DNA of 63,394 nt, filler included, from Reticulomyxa filosa (taxonomy: Eukaryota; Protista; Foraminifera): assembly GCA_000512085.1 (NCBI GenBank). It is 19 parts of 19 records of this genome, joined end to end, with 100 filler letters (N's around TTAATTAATTAA, not from the genome) between each part and the next. Parts side by side here need not be neighbours in the genome. Positions count along the whole stretch, not along the records: positions 12,149 to 13,417 come from ASPP01002304.1; positions 13,518 to 14,594 come from ASPP01029572.1; positions 14,695 to 17,011 come from ASPP01038991.1; positions 17,112 to 19,258 come from ASPP01049922.1; positions 19,359 to 20,710 come from ASPP01017142.1; positions 20,811 to 26,661 come from ASPP01009240.1; 13 more parts are not named here. The stretch is one strand, 5' to 3'. The position numbers and the translations under genes were made by a program. This document shows positions 12,876 through 25,761 of this stretch, piece by piece (position 1 is the first letter of the stretch; every line of letters begins with the position of its first letter). Below the pieces are notes generated by a model, which saw only the letters and a program-made list of their open reading frames with translations, made no database searches and was not told the origin of the DNA.

Positions 12876-13417
12876 ATGAAGTATTTTTGGTGCGCTTTAT
12901 TGGCAAGCATAGCAAGTGCTCGCTTGAAAGCCAATAACATTGTGGAAGTTTCGGTTTTAATAAACGGAAACCAAAATACGTATCAAGTAGTTGAAGGGAT
13001 AGCTCCAAACGCTGATGTGACAGCATCGTATATGGATGGGATGTCAAGTGTCGGTTGGGGTTTATTGAATGTAACAATAACGAACAAGCAAGGGACGAGT
13101 ATTTCCGATCCGCAACGAATGTACGCTGCAGGGTTAGCAGAAGGATATTTGACAAGTGTGCGAATCTACGAAATATACATGAACACATACAACGTTAGCG
13201 GATTGTGGGATTTCACCAACGGTCCTTCGGCGACTTTGAGAGAATTTTTGAATACTCAGCAACAGTACATGGACAGCCAAATTGAAGCGCACAGTAGCAA
13301 TGACCAATTTTGGTGGTATGCAAAGTTGTTACAAGAGCAATTTAACGGCTTGTGGTATGGATATAACTTGTCGATAACGGAAGGATATGTCAAACAACAA
13401 AACGGGTCAATGGTACC
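12876..13417 (+). CDS. Phospholipase B-like (PLBD1/2 family, Ntn-hydrolase) precursor, 3' truncated
   Basis: Signal peptide MKYFWCALLASIASA; family motifs GWGLLNV, MYAAGLAEGYLT..IY..Y.N, FW......QF.GL..GY. Confidence 0.88.
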
Positions 13418-13517
13418 NNNNNNNNNNNNNNNNNNNNNNNNNNNNNNNNNNNNNNNNNNNNTTAATTAATTAANNNNNNNNNNNNNNNNNNNNNNNNNNN
13501 NNNNNNNNNNNNNNNNN

Positions 13518-14594
13518 GTTTCGAAGTAGATTGGAAACAAATCTCAACACTTGGAGAGATAGCATAAAACCAATCAACCCAAATGACCCAAAGACTCTGG
13601 ATAATGCTGTTGATTCTTGGACCAAATGTATTGTTCGATACTGGAAAATCTACTCTTGGAATGCGCACAGTTTGGAAAGGAAGCAAATCTTGGTGGAGTA
13701 ATAAACTCCATCAACAACGAATCAAAGTTCAAAAACTGAAAAGAAAGTTTCGAAAACATCGAACGCAATCAAACTTTGAGAAATACAAGAAAGTATCAAA
13801 CCAACTTCGAAGAAATTTGAGACAAGAAAAACAAGAACACATGGTTAAAAGTATTGATTCGATGCATGAAGGCAATACAAGAATGCTATTCTCCAAATTC
13901 CGTTCTCTTAACTCCAACAAAATATCAATCATTCCTGCATTGGTTGATAAACAAACAAACAAGATTGCACACACAGATATTGACAAAGCGAAATTATTGG
14001 CTGATTCTTTTGATCAACCTCCACAACCTCCAAATGGTGCAAATGACCACGAAGGATTTTATCAATCCATTGAGAATGAAGTTGCATCTGTTATTGCAAA
14101 GTCTAGAGACGAAGAAATGAAACATGGAAGTGTGAATTTGTGTGATGAATATCAATCAGAAATTACAGAAGAAGAAGTGATTGATGCACTAAGACATATT
14201 TCATGCTACAAAGCACAAGGCCCAGACAATATCCACAATCTCATGCTAAAAAATGGTGGTGATTCGTTGATTCAATCACTTGTATTCCTGTTTGGATGGA
14301 GCTTTCAAATGGGATATATGCCACTATTTTGGAAAAGGGCAAATATTGTCCCAATTCCAAAACCAGATCGTGACCATAGTTTGACGAAAAATCACAGACC
14401 AATCGCTTTGCTTTCAGGAGTTGGGAAACTGATGGAACGAATAGTATTGAAAAGACTTATTTATTATCTTGATCAAAAAAGCCTGTTGACAAATAAAGCA
14501 GGTTTTCAATCTTGGCACAACACAGATGAACTTCTTCTCAAGATTACAGAAACCATTTACAAGTCCTTTGATAAGAATGCAGTTACTTATGCAG
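13518..14594 (+). mobile_element. Non-LTR retrotransposon (LINE) ORF2 fragment with reverse transcriptase N-terminal domains
   Basis: ITEEEV..AL..KAQGPDNI..MLK, WKRANIVPIPKP, HRPIALLSGVGKLMERIV, AGF motifs. The whole contig is intronless. Confidence 0.95.
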
Positions 14595-14694
14595 NNNNNN
14601 NNNNNNNNNNNNNNNNNNNNNNNNNNNNNNNNNNNNNNTTAATTAATTAANNNNNNNNNNNNNNNNNNNNNNNNNNNNNNNNNNNNNNNNNNNN

Positions 14695-15812
14695 TTGGCA
14701 ACCAGGCTCCAATCCCATTTTCTTGCACATTTGGGATCAGGACAACAAATATCGGTCGTGGCCAAATCCTTGCTCAGTCTCCATTTGATGTATTCGTACA
14801 TAGTTTGTGCTCCTATTGCATGTCCACAAGGCATTTGAGCCCGTAGGATCAGCTCATTATCGTCTAATGTTATAATATCTCTTTTAGTTGCTAATTTGAT
14901 TTCTGGATTTTTTTTGGGATTGAAATGACGGACTCTCTGCTCGTCTCCTTTTCCAATGTCTTCTTTTGGAATTTCTTTTTTTGCTATAGCTTTTTTACTT
15001 ACGTATTCTCTTCTTACGTTTTGTATTTTTACGTATTCCTTTCCTGTGTCTTCTTTTCCTGTATTACCTTCAATCCACAAAATAGAGTTACTCTCAAAAC
15101 CCAGAAAAAAAAGTGACTACAAACAACAAACTGGAAATAATACTGCCTCCACCATGTGTATTCGTTATACACGCAAAAACTGTCGATTCAATAATGCCGT
15201 ACTGTTCCAAAGTTTTCTAGATTCGTTCCGTATTAGGCAATGCACATCAAAAAAAATTGACAAATAAGTTACCAAAAAAAAAAAAAAAAGATAAATACAT
15301 AACGTCAGGTTCGGTCAAGGGGTGTCCACTACCTATAAGCTCATACTCATTGTCATTTAAACTCCATATATCGTTTATCATATTTCTTATTTGTCGTATG
15401 GTTATCGTTTTCTTCATCATTATACGTTTGGTATTTTTACCATTTGTCACATTGCATTCAAATGCATGGTTAGTTGCACCAGGGTTCCAGTTTTTGTTGT
15501 TTTTTTCTAGTTTTTTTTTAATCTCTGCTGAATGTGTCCTATGATAAGCATTGAAGATCTGACCAGCTGGAATGTTGGGAATACCAAGCTCATGCACATC
15601 ATTCACACAAAATACACTAGTGGTAAATAATTTGCCATCGATACTACTTTTTTTGAATGCGTCCATTACTTGTGCTTGGTACATTTCTGCAACTTGAGAC
15701 TTTGCCCAAACTTTTTTTTTTTTTTGAGTTTCAAAGACAGAACGTTTCAACAACAACAAAAATGGAGTTAGTTGATAATACCAGCAAGCTCGTCAACGGT
15801 CCGATTCTCCAT
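14695..15812 (-). CDS. SAM-like + ubiquitin-like (ending HGG) + RING/RBR-like protein (3' truncated)
   Basis: Manual splicing gives MENRTVDELAVWAKSQV..FKKSSIDGK..VHELGI (SAM-like), then ECNVTNG..KTITIRQIR..YELIGSGHPLTEPDKTLEQYGIIESTVFACITNTHGG (UBL), then DIITLDD..RAQMPCGH..CCPDPKC..W (degenerate RING). Confidence 0.65.
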
Positions 15813-16272
15813 GGTACTTGGAAAATAAAATGAAAAACGCTTAGGATAAAAAACGATAAAACTGTGAACAAACAAGTGTTTTTTTTTGTGTCATTCCCCT
15901 TGCACCCTGCTAAGTTCATGATTGCGGCACTTTTAAAAATTTTTCTTGAAGTAGTTTCATACAAATCAACATAAATCGATACTATTTCGAGCGTATATAA
16001 TTTTTTTTGTTTGTCATAAAAAAATCTGTAAAGGTCCTAGTTAAAGAGATATCCTAGTAACAAATCATTTATTTAGTAGTTAATGTTTAGCTTGACAGTA
16101 TGTAGACTGCAAAAAGAAGGGCAAGAAGCTTGTAAACAGTTTTTTTTGATAAGGAAGTTCCCGCTCTGTTGTGGTTGTGTTTTGCTTGTGAGTTGTTGTC
16201 ATTGCTACATATTGATTAAGGGAATGATCACGTTGGAGTGTAGTATAACGAGCGTAGCAGGTTGAATTCTTT

Positions 16273-17011
16273 TTGAATTTGTTTGTATGTTACCTACGAG
16301 TGCATTTTTTTTTACTTATTTCTGAAGTGGATTTCTCCACATTAGAGCTGGCACTCTTTTCTTCCAAAAAAGCAGACTTGCCTTATGGTGAGACAGACTC
16401 AAACCAAATCGAACAAACGTGTGATCAATCACATAATGGGGAAAGTAAAGTACATGGCGAGCAGAGTGAAAATACGACAAGTATGTAGTACCTTCTTTTT
16501 TAAAAAAATTAAACTTCATTAGAATCGAAATGTGTCATCCAATATCTAAAAAAAAGATGTATCCTCTATGTTGCATTCAGATGACGAACATCGTATGAAA
16601 CCTCAAGTTTGCACTAATTTTTGCAATGTCTCTGTTGAAAAATGGGAAATAAATGGTTTGTAAGAAAATGGCTTTTTAAAAAATTTATTGTGTACCAGTT
16701 GGACAGGAAAATTTTTTTTTAAATAGAGTGGGCAGAAACGCTACCACCTGTAGCTCAGAAAGAGATAGAACACTGGACTCGAAATGAAAATTATATGTTT
16801 AATGACGAGAAAATATCAACATGGGATCCCAGTACTTGGCAGGTTAAAGTGAAGCAAGTCCAGACGAGCTGGGAAGAATTAAAAGAAAAGAATCCCGACG
16901 ATAATGAAGCCAAAAGCAGCCATAGAAAAGATGAAGATGAGATCATGAACGAACATGACCAAATCCATCCTATTCAAGGACAATCTTGTGAGTGCACGTA
17001 CTTTTTTTTTT
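16273..17011 (+). CDS. Hypothetical multi-exon protein (partial)
   Basis: Short plus-strand ORFs of coding-like composition separated by AT-rich intron-like stretches. No family recognised. Confidence 0.3.
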
Positions 17012-17111
17012 NNNNNNNNNNNNNNNNNNNNNNNNNNNNNNNNNNNNNNNNNNNNTTAATTAATTAANNNNNNNNNNNNNNNNNNNNNNNNNNNNNNNNN
17101 NNNNNNNNNNN

Positions 17112-19258
17112 TTAGTACTTCAACCAGTAATCGATTTACCTTGGATAAGAAAGAACACTGGAGACATCATTTACAACAAAGTTGGTATAAAATGGAAAGC
17201 TGATAGCACACACTTGATTAACTTGATAACAGAAATCAAATCAAAGGTGGAAGGATTTGTGGAGAAAAATCAATCACCAAAAAAAGTGTGAAAATTTTAT
17301 TTATTTATTTAAACAAATGCTTATTCCAACATCTACACTCTTTTTTTTTTTTTTTTTGGTGTGAATAAATGTACACAAATTTCCAATTGTAACAATGGAC
17401 ATCAACAGGAAACACTATCAATAAAAGAGGATTCACCTGAAGAAAAGCAATCGAATGAAGCACAGGTTAGTTTTGAAATACTTTTTTTTGCTTTTTTTTT
17501 TTCGACAGGCTCCATGTATGTTTTCATAGAGTAATGTAGGAGCCACTAGCAACGAATCAAGTCAGGTACAGAAAAATTCCCTTTGGGATCAAGTTTTGTT
17601 CACGCTAGTGATAAACATATTTTTCCAATGTCATATCCTTGCACTCATTATTGTTACTACTTTTTTTTGAGTGATAAATTAATGAAAAAACAAAAGTTTC
17701 GTTGGTACAAGCCAAGCGGCAGCGAGCAAAGAGAAATAGTGTTCATTGAGCAAAGAGACCCAATTGTGGAAGGTAAAGAGACGGAAAGTTCATTAATAAT
17801 AAAAACCATGGAAGGAAAATACTTGTATTTCCCGTCCGAGACTGAAGAATTTATGCCAATGGTTCGTTTCCACAACTCTCTGTTTTTTTTTTTAATTGTT
17901 GTCGCTGTCAAAATTGAACCTTTTTTTTTAATTAACACAAAATCAACACTACTTCAGACAGGTAAACCAAAAGATCTTTATTTGTATCACATGAAAAAGA
18001 TGGCATCCGAAGCAGTTATATGTCCTTTGTCCAATTCTCCTTTCTTTTTTCTTTCAATTTGTTTTTTAATGTAACCTGAATCCATACATACAAATGTGCA
18101 ATGACAACACAAAAGTTGGTTGGAAGCAAAGCCATTGTGAACACTACAAAGACAGTACCCAGTTGGATTATTTTTTCAAAAGATGTCAAAGCCAAAAAAA
18201 GTGTTTCTGTCACTCGACTATGCGTGGAGAATGGAGTCATTTGCGCTTGGACGAATGATAGACAAGAGCTGCCGGTAGAAGACTTGAAGGTAAAAAAATG
18301 TGTTGTATTATTTGGCTGTGTAATTGTCTTCAAAAATGTAGCGTAACAAACAAAAAAGATAGCACCTGATTACATACACGCTTTGATTAATTCGGTTGAG
18401 CAAAAAAAAAAAAGAGTCTCTTTGATAATGTTTGTACATTGTTGACGTTATTGTATACGCACACAAAAACTAGGTACCAATGGAAAACATGAACCTGTTA
18501 GGGCTGCATTTTGGAGTGGGGGGAAAGGGAGAGTGTATACATCCACGTACACTAAATAAAACAAAACAAAATAGAGAGACATGGTTAAATGATTATCCAA
18601 TATTAGCTGACGATAAACTAGCACACGAAAAAATAATGGATACTGCAAAACGATTGGCCGATGCAGAGAAAACAATAGCACAACACAGTGCCCAATTTAC
18701 TGATTTAATGGAAAAAGTGAGCAAAATTGAACAGGACGATAAAAAGAAAATTAGTCATTTAAAGGAACAAAACGATAAAAAGAAAATTCGTCATTTAAAG
18801 GAACAAAACGATCACCAAATGGAGCAAATTGAAACTCTGAAGAGAGAAAACGACAAACAAATAGGAAAAATGTTTGGTTTGAAGGAAGGGCATGAACAAC
18901 AAATAAAAAAGTTGCAAGAAGAAAAACAGCAGCTGCAGACACAAGTCAAAAGACACGAACAATCTGCCACTGAAAATGAAACACACAAGGATGAATTACA
19001 TAGATATAAACACAAAATTAAACAATTGGAATCTGAGTTTCAAGTGCAGGAGACCCAGCTCGAAAATACTAAAACCAAGTTACACGAATACGTACTGCTA
19101 ACTGAAAAAAATCGAAGTAGTTTGAGCTCGTTGCACTTGGAAAAAGATAGTGCAATTAATGAATTGGAAAATTGCAGACAGCAATTTAATGAGTTTAAAG
19201 AGTATTACTCTTCATTTTTTTTGACCATTTACAATCTATATTTGTAATACAAAAGTAC
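17112..19258 (+). CDS. Hypothetical multi-exon protein with C-terminal coiled coil (partial)
   Basis: Exon-like ORFs at 17583..18074, 18101..18346 and 18480..19247; the last is E/K/Q-rich with heptad periodicity. Confidence 0.55.
18738..18812 (+). repeat. 36-bp in-frame tandem duplication (DKKKI[S/R]HLKEQN x2)
   Basis: gataaaaagaaaatt[a/c]gtcatttaaaggaacaaaac repeated with one mismatch. Confidence 0.9.
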
Positions 19259-19389
19259 NNNNNNNNNNNNNNNNNNNNNNNNNNNNNNNNNNNNNNNNNN
19301 NNTTAATTAATTAANNNNNNNNNNNNNNNNNNNNNNNNNNNNNNNNNNNNNNNNNNNNGCTAATGTGGGAAAAAAAAAAAAAAATGTGA

Positions 19390-20074
19390 AGGTGATGTTC
19401 GACGCACGTGGAAAGCGTTTCAAGCAACGTTGGAATACGTAAGTCGTGACAAATGGGGTTACTTCATAACCTTTTTTTTCGCATCAAACTTTTTCTTGCG
19501 CTTTGGGGTTTGCATAACGTCAGTCATGGCAATGGTAACGGTGAAAAGCATCAGCGAAAAGATCCAACTGGCCCTAGGCTTTTTCTTCATCTTGGAAGTG
19601 GACGAACATATCTATCGCACCTTTATTGAACCCTTTGACGTCTTTGATGAAGAAGACTTTACTTTTGGTCAAGAGGAAGATGTTTCTGCTTTGATGCAAG
19701 AAGATGTTGCTGAGTCAACGCAACAACAAGAAAAACAACAGAAAGAAAAAGAAACAGAAACAGAAAAAGAAGAAAAAGAAAAAGAAGAAGAAAAAGAAAC
19801 AGAAACAGAAACAGAAAAAGAAAAAGAAAAAGGAACAATCCAATCGGAAAATGCCAATGATGCTGTCAACCCACAAGACTCACCCAATCCACAACACAAT
19901 TTGCAGAGTCAGCAAAGTCCGACTGACAATACCACACCTGCGATTGCTTGGGAACAACGCGCAAAAATCCGCGCCACTTGGAAAGCCAAGTCGCGTCGGG
20001 TTGTGGGGTGGTACTTTGTACTCATTGTTCTGCTTGGATGGACTGATGTGTACACGAAACAAACTTTGGGTTAG
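19390..20074 (+). CDS. Hypothetical membrane protein, 3' part, with E/K low-complexity loop
   Basis: Hydrophobic segments, FFILEVDEHIY, EKETETEKEE repeats and a terminal TM segment. Confidence 0.55.
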
Positions 20075-20810
20075 AGATGTTAAAAAAAAAAAAAATTTAT
20101 CTCGTACACATACATTCAATACTTGTTGTCTCCTCTTCTTACTAATCCCTCTTTTGTTTCTTGTAATCTCAACGTTGTATATATTGATGTCTGTTGTTCC
20201 CAGTGGTAGTGAGACAATTAAACGCTGTCCATATTTTTGCTTTTTTTGCTTTGTTTTGTTTTGTTGCAGTTCGAAATTAAATAAACAGTTATATTTCGTG
20301 ACAAGATACAATGGAATTATCCACTCATTCTCCTTTCTTCACAAATATGCACTCTAAAATTTCGCATTTGTTCTAAAAAAAAACAAAAAAGAGTCACTTT
20401 GCTTGCAGTAAGGACACCTTTTTTCTTTTTTTTTTAAAAAAGAGCTCCTTTTAAAAAAATCTTTGGGAAATCAAAGAGGCTACAATGGAAAATAAAATCC
20501 AAACAGCAATTGAATTGGAAAAACCAGCTGATGAGATAGTGATAGAGACAAAAATGGAAGACGAATGGGATAACATTTGGCAAAAATTTGCACTGGGACT
20601 GGTTGTGTTGTTCTCCGAAGAAGGTGACACTAACAATCCCAGTGATCCTCTTTTTTGGCACCTGGTTGAAGACAAAAGCCAAAAGTTTTCCCTATGCTTT
20701 TTTTTTTTTTNNNNNNNNNNNNNNNNNNNNNNNNNNNNNNNNNNNNNNNNNNNNTTAATTAATTAANNNNNNNNNNNNNNNNNNNNNNNNNNNNNNNNNN
20801 NNNNNNNNNN

Positions 20811-22266
20811 CCCTCCCCCCCCCCCCCCCAAAAAAAAAAAAAAAAAAAAAAAAAGGTGTTCACTTTTTTAATTTTTTGTTTGTATTTTATTTCATTGTAA
20901 AGGAACAAAAGAGAAAGAGGAGGTAAAAATTGAACCTGCGTTTCGAAATGATATCACGCTGTCCGACTTTGGTGCTGGCCAAGCCACTCTTTTCATCATA
21001 CTTGATGATACAACTCGGAGCACGAGAGCGAGCGGTGTCGCCTTTTTTTTTTTGTGACGATCGTTTTGTTGCGAGTTTAGTGCGCTGTGCGGCTTTGCTC
21101 TGTCCAAAAGGATTTTTCGCTGCTGTCGCTTTCCCTTTTGCTTGCGCGGCTGTCGAATTAAAAAACTCGGTTTCGCTGATATTATCTCCTTCACTGCCCC
21201 AAAAAAAAAAATTTTTTTTTTGAGATGTTACCTCTTTTTTCTGATTGGGTGAGAGATATCTCTACAAGTTGCAACCAATCAAAAATATCTTTATTTCATT
21301 TTCTTAACCAATCAAACAAAAAATATATATGTATATGTGTATATGGCTCAAACGAATGTTGTGTGTGTTAATAATGACCAGCAAATATATTCAATAAACT
21401 CAACTCAGAGTCATTTTCACTCATATTGAAGCCAGCTGCTCGTTGAAAATGTTGAATAACATCCTCGTCTGTATTGGTGTCGTCCTCGCTTTCTTCTGAA
21501 CGTGCCTTTTTTTTTTTTTTTTTTTTTTTAAGATTTTTATTAATGTCAACACAATGCGTATATTTGTATAGTCGTTTTTTTTTTTTTTTTACATTGACAT
21601 CACGCTTTCTTAGTTTGTTTGTGTCGGAACAAAACTGGCTTGGGATAAAAAAGAGTGTTATTATTTAATACGCTTTGCACGGTATACGATGAAGTCTGCC
21701 GGAACAATTTGGCCATATCTTCTTCGGTTAACACTGACGTTTTCGCTTCTTTTTCTTTTTCTCTGTCTTGTTCCCGTTCTTGTCCTTGTCCTTGTTCTTG
21801 TTCTTTTGCATGCTCTTTTGTGTTTTCTTTTTCTTTTTCCATCTCTTCATCACTTGCCTCGATCTTGTTCAATCCCGATGGCCTCTTTTCTTGTTGCTGT
21901 CATTTTCAAACATTTGTCGTTTATTTTTGTTTGTTTGTCTGTTTCCTTTTTTCTCAGCTAAGAAATACAATCAAAAATATTCGACATTCAACCTCATGTT
22001 TCGCTTTTTCTAGCTTTTCTAGTTCTTCAAACTTTTTCATTATCATCGCTGCTGTTTCAAAGTCTTCGACATACCCGAGATAATGTGTTGAGCTGTGACG
22101 AAGCAAAACGATTTGTATTTGTTATTGTTTGTAACGGGACCGTTTTTGTTTGCTACAAACTTGAATGAGCTTTACAAATTATATAAACACTAAGAACCTA
22201 CTCTGGCTGTTTTGGAGCACTCTTTGCTGGCCGCTTGCTTGCTCTGGTCTCATATCGACGCGACAT
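20811..22266 (-). CDS. Hypothetical multi-exon protein (3' truncated)
   Basis: MSRRYETRASKRPAK start; later exons THYLGYVEDFETAAMIMKKFEELEK and LTEEDMAKLFRQTSSYTVQS; introns contain poly-A runs. Confidence 0.5.
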
Positions 22267-22633
22267 TACTTCACCTTTTTTTATGAAATATTTCACAAGT
22301 TTTTACCACTCAAAGGGACACAATATAAACCAACCCACTTGATTTACTTTTTTGTTTAAATCTCTTCGTTTGTCAAATGGAAGCAAGCAAATAATGAAAA
22401 TGGAAGTGCAAAAGATATGCTAATATTTCCCACAAAATTTGTTTAGAATTGCCGTAACTATTTCTTATGAAACATTGATTAAACCAGTTTTTCAGGGCTG
22501 ACAAATTAATCAATGGACGATCAATTTTTAATTTTTGACCGGAAGAGCTCGGTGAAACAAGACGAAGAGTTCAGATTGGACCTTTAGAACGCATTCTTTT
22601 GTTCTAAAACAATAAAACAAAACAAACAAAAAT

Positions 22634-22986
22634 ATGAATGCTGCAGCATTGTCAATGCAAGATCAGTTATCCAAACTTTCAGAGGATGAATTGATGGATT
22701 ACAATTCCTTTTTGATGAAACTGCAAATCAAGTTTGGTTGTGTCGTCAGTACTTTGAAACAATTCGAGAATCTACAAACAATTGCAAATACAACAGAGAT
22801 CGAATGCATCAAATGTCGCACTTGTCGTCCTATTGCTTTGATCACTGTGTGAAAAGAGTTAGTTTTCGGCAAATCAACCCACAAGAAAGAAAATGTGTGG
22901 AGGCATGTGCCGACAAATATTTACAAGCATGGGATAGATCATTAAATAGATTTGGAACATTGATCGTCCCAAGTGCAAAAAAGTAA
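22634..22986 (+). CDS. Mitochondrial intermembrane-space small Tim chaperone (Tim9-like), 2 exons
   Basis: Intron 22732..22796 (gtttgg...caacag) joins LQIK|DRMHQM. Twin CX3C motif: CFDHC...ERKCVEAC..KYL. Confidence 0.85.
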
Positions 22987-23747
22987 CTGGAACAAACAAA
23001 CGTTTATCATCGTGTTCAGCAAAATGTCCCAAAAATTTTCAAAAAATTTCAGACATACATTAGAACATGTTCTTTTTTTTAACACTAACAACAAGACATC
23101 TTGTTCACATTGCAATAAATACATTCGATGGATATATGACATTAATAATTTTTTCTAATAGCATTTTCCGTCACAAAAAGCTTGAGAGTTTGAATGGTTC
23201 TCTATTGCATTTTTCGGTCCAACAGAGGAAAAGTCTTTTGATTTGTATAATTCAACCTAATTTTCAACAGTTGAAAAGTAAGTATTAATACAGAAAGTCT
23301 TGATATTCAATGCAAAAAATTGTACTTTTAAACAACAGTTAATCTTGAAAATTCTTGCTAAAAGACGAAAATGTCGGTAGGATGATGGAGTTGTACATAG
23401 CCATTCTAAAAAAAGCTTATTGTGAAAAGACTTTTCAAAAAAATGACGAGCAAGCTGGGATCGTTCAGTCATTTATAATTAGTCACTTTATTTACTCATT
23501 AACGATTAGCTCCTCATTTTGTGCCCCCCCCCCTTTATACTGGCGCTGAGTGTGTATCTACGACAAAAAATGTTGCATGAAGAAACTCGAAAAAGGGGGC
23601 GCAAAAAAAAAAAAGACTTGAAAATTTGGGATAGAAAAAAAAATGAACAACACAAACCATGGAAACCATTACACATCCATATTAAATTTTCATTTGCTTA
23701 TATTATTATTTTGTAATATTTTTTTATTATTATTATTGTTATCCTTT

Positions 23748-24506
23748 TCAATCGGATCTTTCCAAAATTTTTTTTTGTAACCATTCAAACACTTCAACAA
23801 TTCGAATGTCACCAGAATTGTCGGAATCCATTTCATGCCACACTTGCTTGGTTTGCTCAACACTCAATAGCAGTGAGTCTTTGGCATAGGTTTGGAATTG
23901 ACCAAAAGTGATTCTGCCAGTAAATTCACTGTCATTTTGTGCATTGGGTGGTTGTTTGCTATTTCCAGAAGAGGGCTGGATCGAAGTGGTGGTCGAGTTG
24001 CGATTTAAACAATTGCACATTTCAAAAATTTTCAATGCCTTTCTTAAAATTTGAAAGTTCACTTGTTCTTCCATATACTTTTGCAAGTTCTGGCATTTGG
24101 GGTTCACATTTGGGTCACAGAAATAACTCACAAATTCACTGAAGGATATTTGATTATCCACTATTTCTGAGTCCATTTCTCGGAAAATTATGTCCGGACT
24201 TGGCTCGGTGATATTGCACAGTTCCAAAAATTTCGATACTTCAAACTTTCGTAGGTACATGTTCGTTCTTTTGTAATCACTGTAACCAGTAAATGCCCAA
24301 AATGCTTGTTCTATCGTCTCTCGAAAGCTTGGCTCGTCCACGTCTTCCTTCGCACTTACCACACTTATTGAAGGCTTTGTGTCCGTTTGCTTCGACTTCG
24401 CTTTTGGCTTTGACGAAGATGCTTGCAGCTCTTCACTCTTTATATTATCCGCTCCGGACAGAAGTTGGACACTATGCTCATCTCGGGACCGACAACAATT
24501 TCCCAT
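23748..24506 (-). CDS. EF-hand Ca2+-binding protein with N-terminal myristoylation/palmitoylation motif
   Basis: Starts MGNCC; EF loops EMDSEIVDNQISFSEF and EMDSDNSGDIRIVEV; intronless. Confidence 0.8.
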   Translation of the reverse strand: MGNCCRSRDEHSVQLLSGADNIKSEELQASSSKPKAKSKQTDTKPSISVVSAKEDVDEPSFRETIEQAFWAFTGYSDYKRTNMYLRKFEVSKFLELCNITEPSPDIIFREMDSEIVDNQISFSEFVSYFCDPNVNPKCQNLQKYMEEQVNFQILRKALKIFEMCNCLNRNSTTTSIQPSSGNSKQPPNAQNDSEFTGRITFGQFQTYAKDSLLLSVEQTKQVWHEMDSDNSGDIRIVEVFEWLQKKILERSD

Positions 24507-25761
24507 ATTTATTTTAGTCTCCAAAACCAAATATGGAAGGGAACGAAGAAGAAAAAAAACACGAAACAAACAAAAACTGACGCTGTATTTTTTAATTTAT
24601 CCAATCATTTTATGTACTGAACAAAATATAATATTAGCCACTTTATTGCAAATTTCAACTCAGACTTCCCATGGCTTATGACTGTAATCATGATTTTGCT
24701 TATTTGTGATGCATTTTCTACTTTGTGCTTTATGTATATGCAATAAACAATACAAATATTTGAAACACTTCATTGTATAAGCTGCTATCGAATCAGCGAC
24801 AAAAATGTGTGTAATGAAGGCAGTGTTGAAGTTTCAAATGAAAGAAATAATTAAATAAATCAAAAACAATTAAATATAAGTATTGCAAAATGATACTAGA
24901 TTTTTTACACTACACAACAAACAAAATTAATATAATATCTATTTAAACATCATACATATTTTGAATAAAAGGCATATTGAAAATGGATAAACAAAAATAT
25001 AAATATAATGATTCAATGTAACTTTGAATGTTTGGACTACACGTTTACTTGAACTACAAATATCATGATCTTGTGTCATTGATATTTGTATTTGTGTATT
25101 TTATTTTTTGTAATTTGTTTTAAAGAAATATACATAAAATATAAAACATATATAGAATAAAAAAATAAACATTCATTCAAGTTCGTATTTATGCAATGGA
25201 GTCTATAATCACATCATACTTTGTCTGTATCTTTGATATTATATTGATTAAATATTTATAATAGTCTTAAGTCAACAAGTCAAAACAATACTAAATCTCT
25301 TTTTTTTTGCAGTCACTTACACTAGATTTGCACACAATATTGTCATTTTTTTTAATCTTTTAATTTTGTAGTTAAATGTTGATTTGATTTAATTTTTTGG
25401 AACTTTTTTAATTTTGGGTTCCCTTTCAACTTATTTACAAATTGCATCGTTAGTTTTGACTTTGTCTATTTTTTTTAGTGCCAATAAAGAATTGGTTTTT
25501 TTTGCAAATATATTGAAATTGTATTTTTTAAAAAATTTGTTCATCAAGAAATATCTCATAAAGAGTCAATACCACACTTGAAAAGTTGAACACTGCAGAT
25601 ATTTTTGAAAAAGATTACAATGAATTTTTTTGTTCTATAGCATTGTGGTGTGCTCCAAACTGGATGACAAAAACTTGTTGTTTGGAAGCAAAAACTTCAA
25701 AAAAAAGAATTTTTTTTTTTTGCACTTTAGAATTGGCGTCAAATAGATTGTAGAACCTCAT

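Noticed and set aside
24690-25500. Shared short motif (ttggactac / ggactat) near 25032, 27268 and 43903
   Set aside because: Too short to be distinguished from chance in AT-rich DNA, and I saw no extended similarity.
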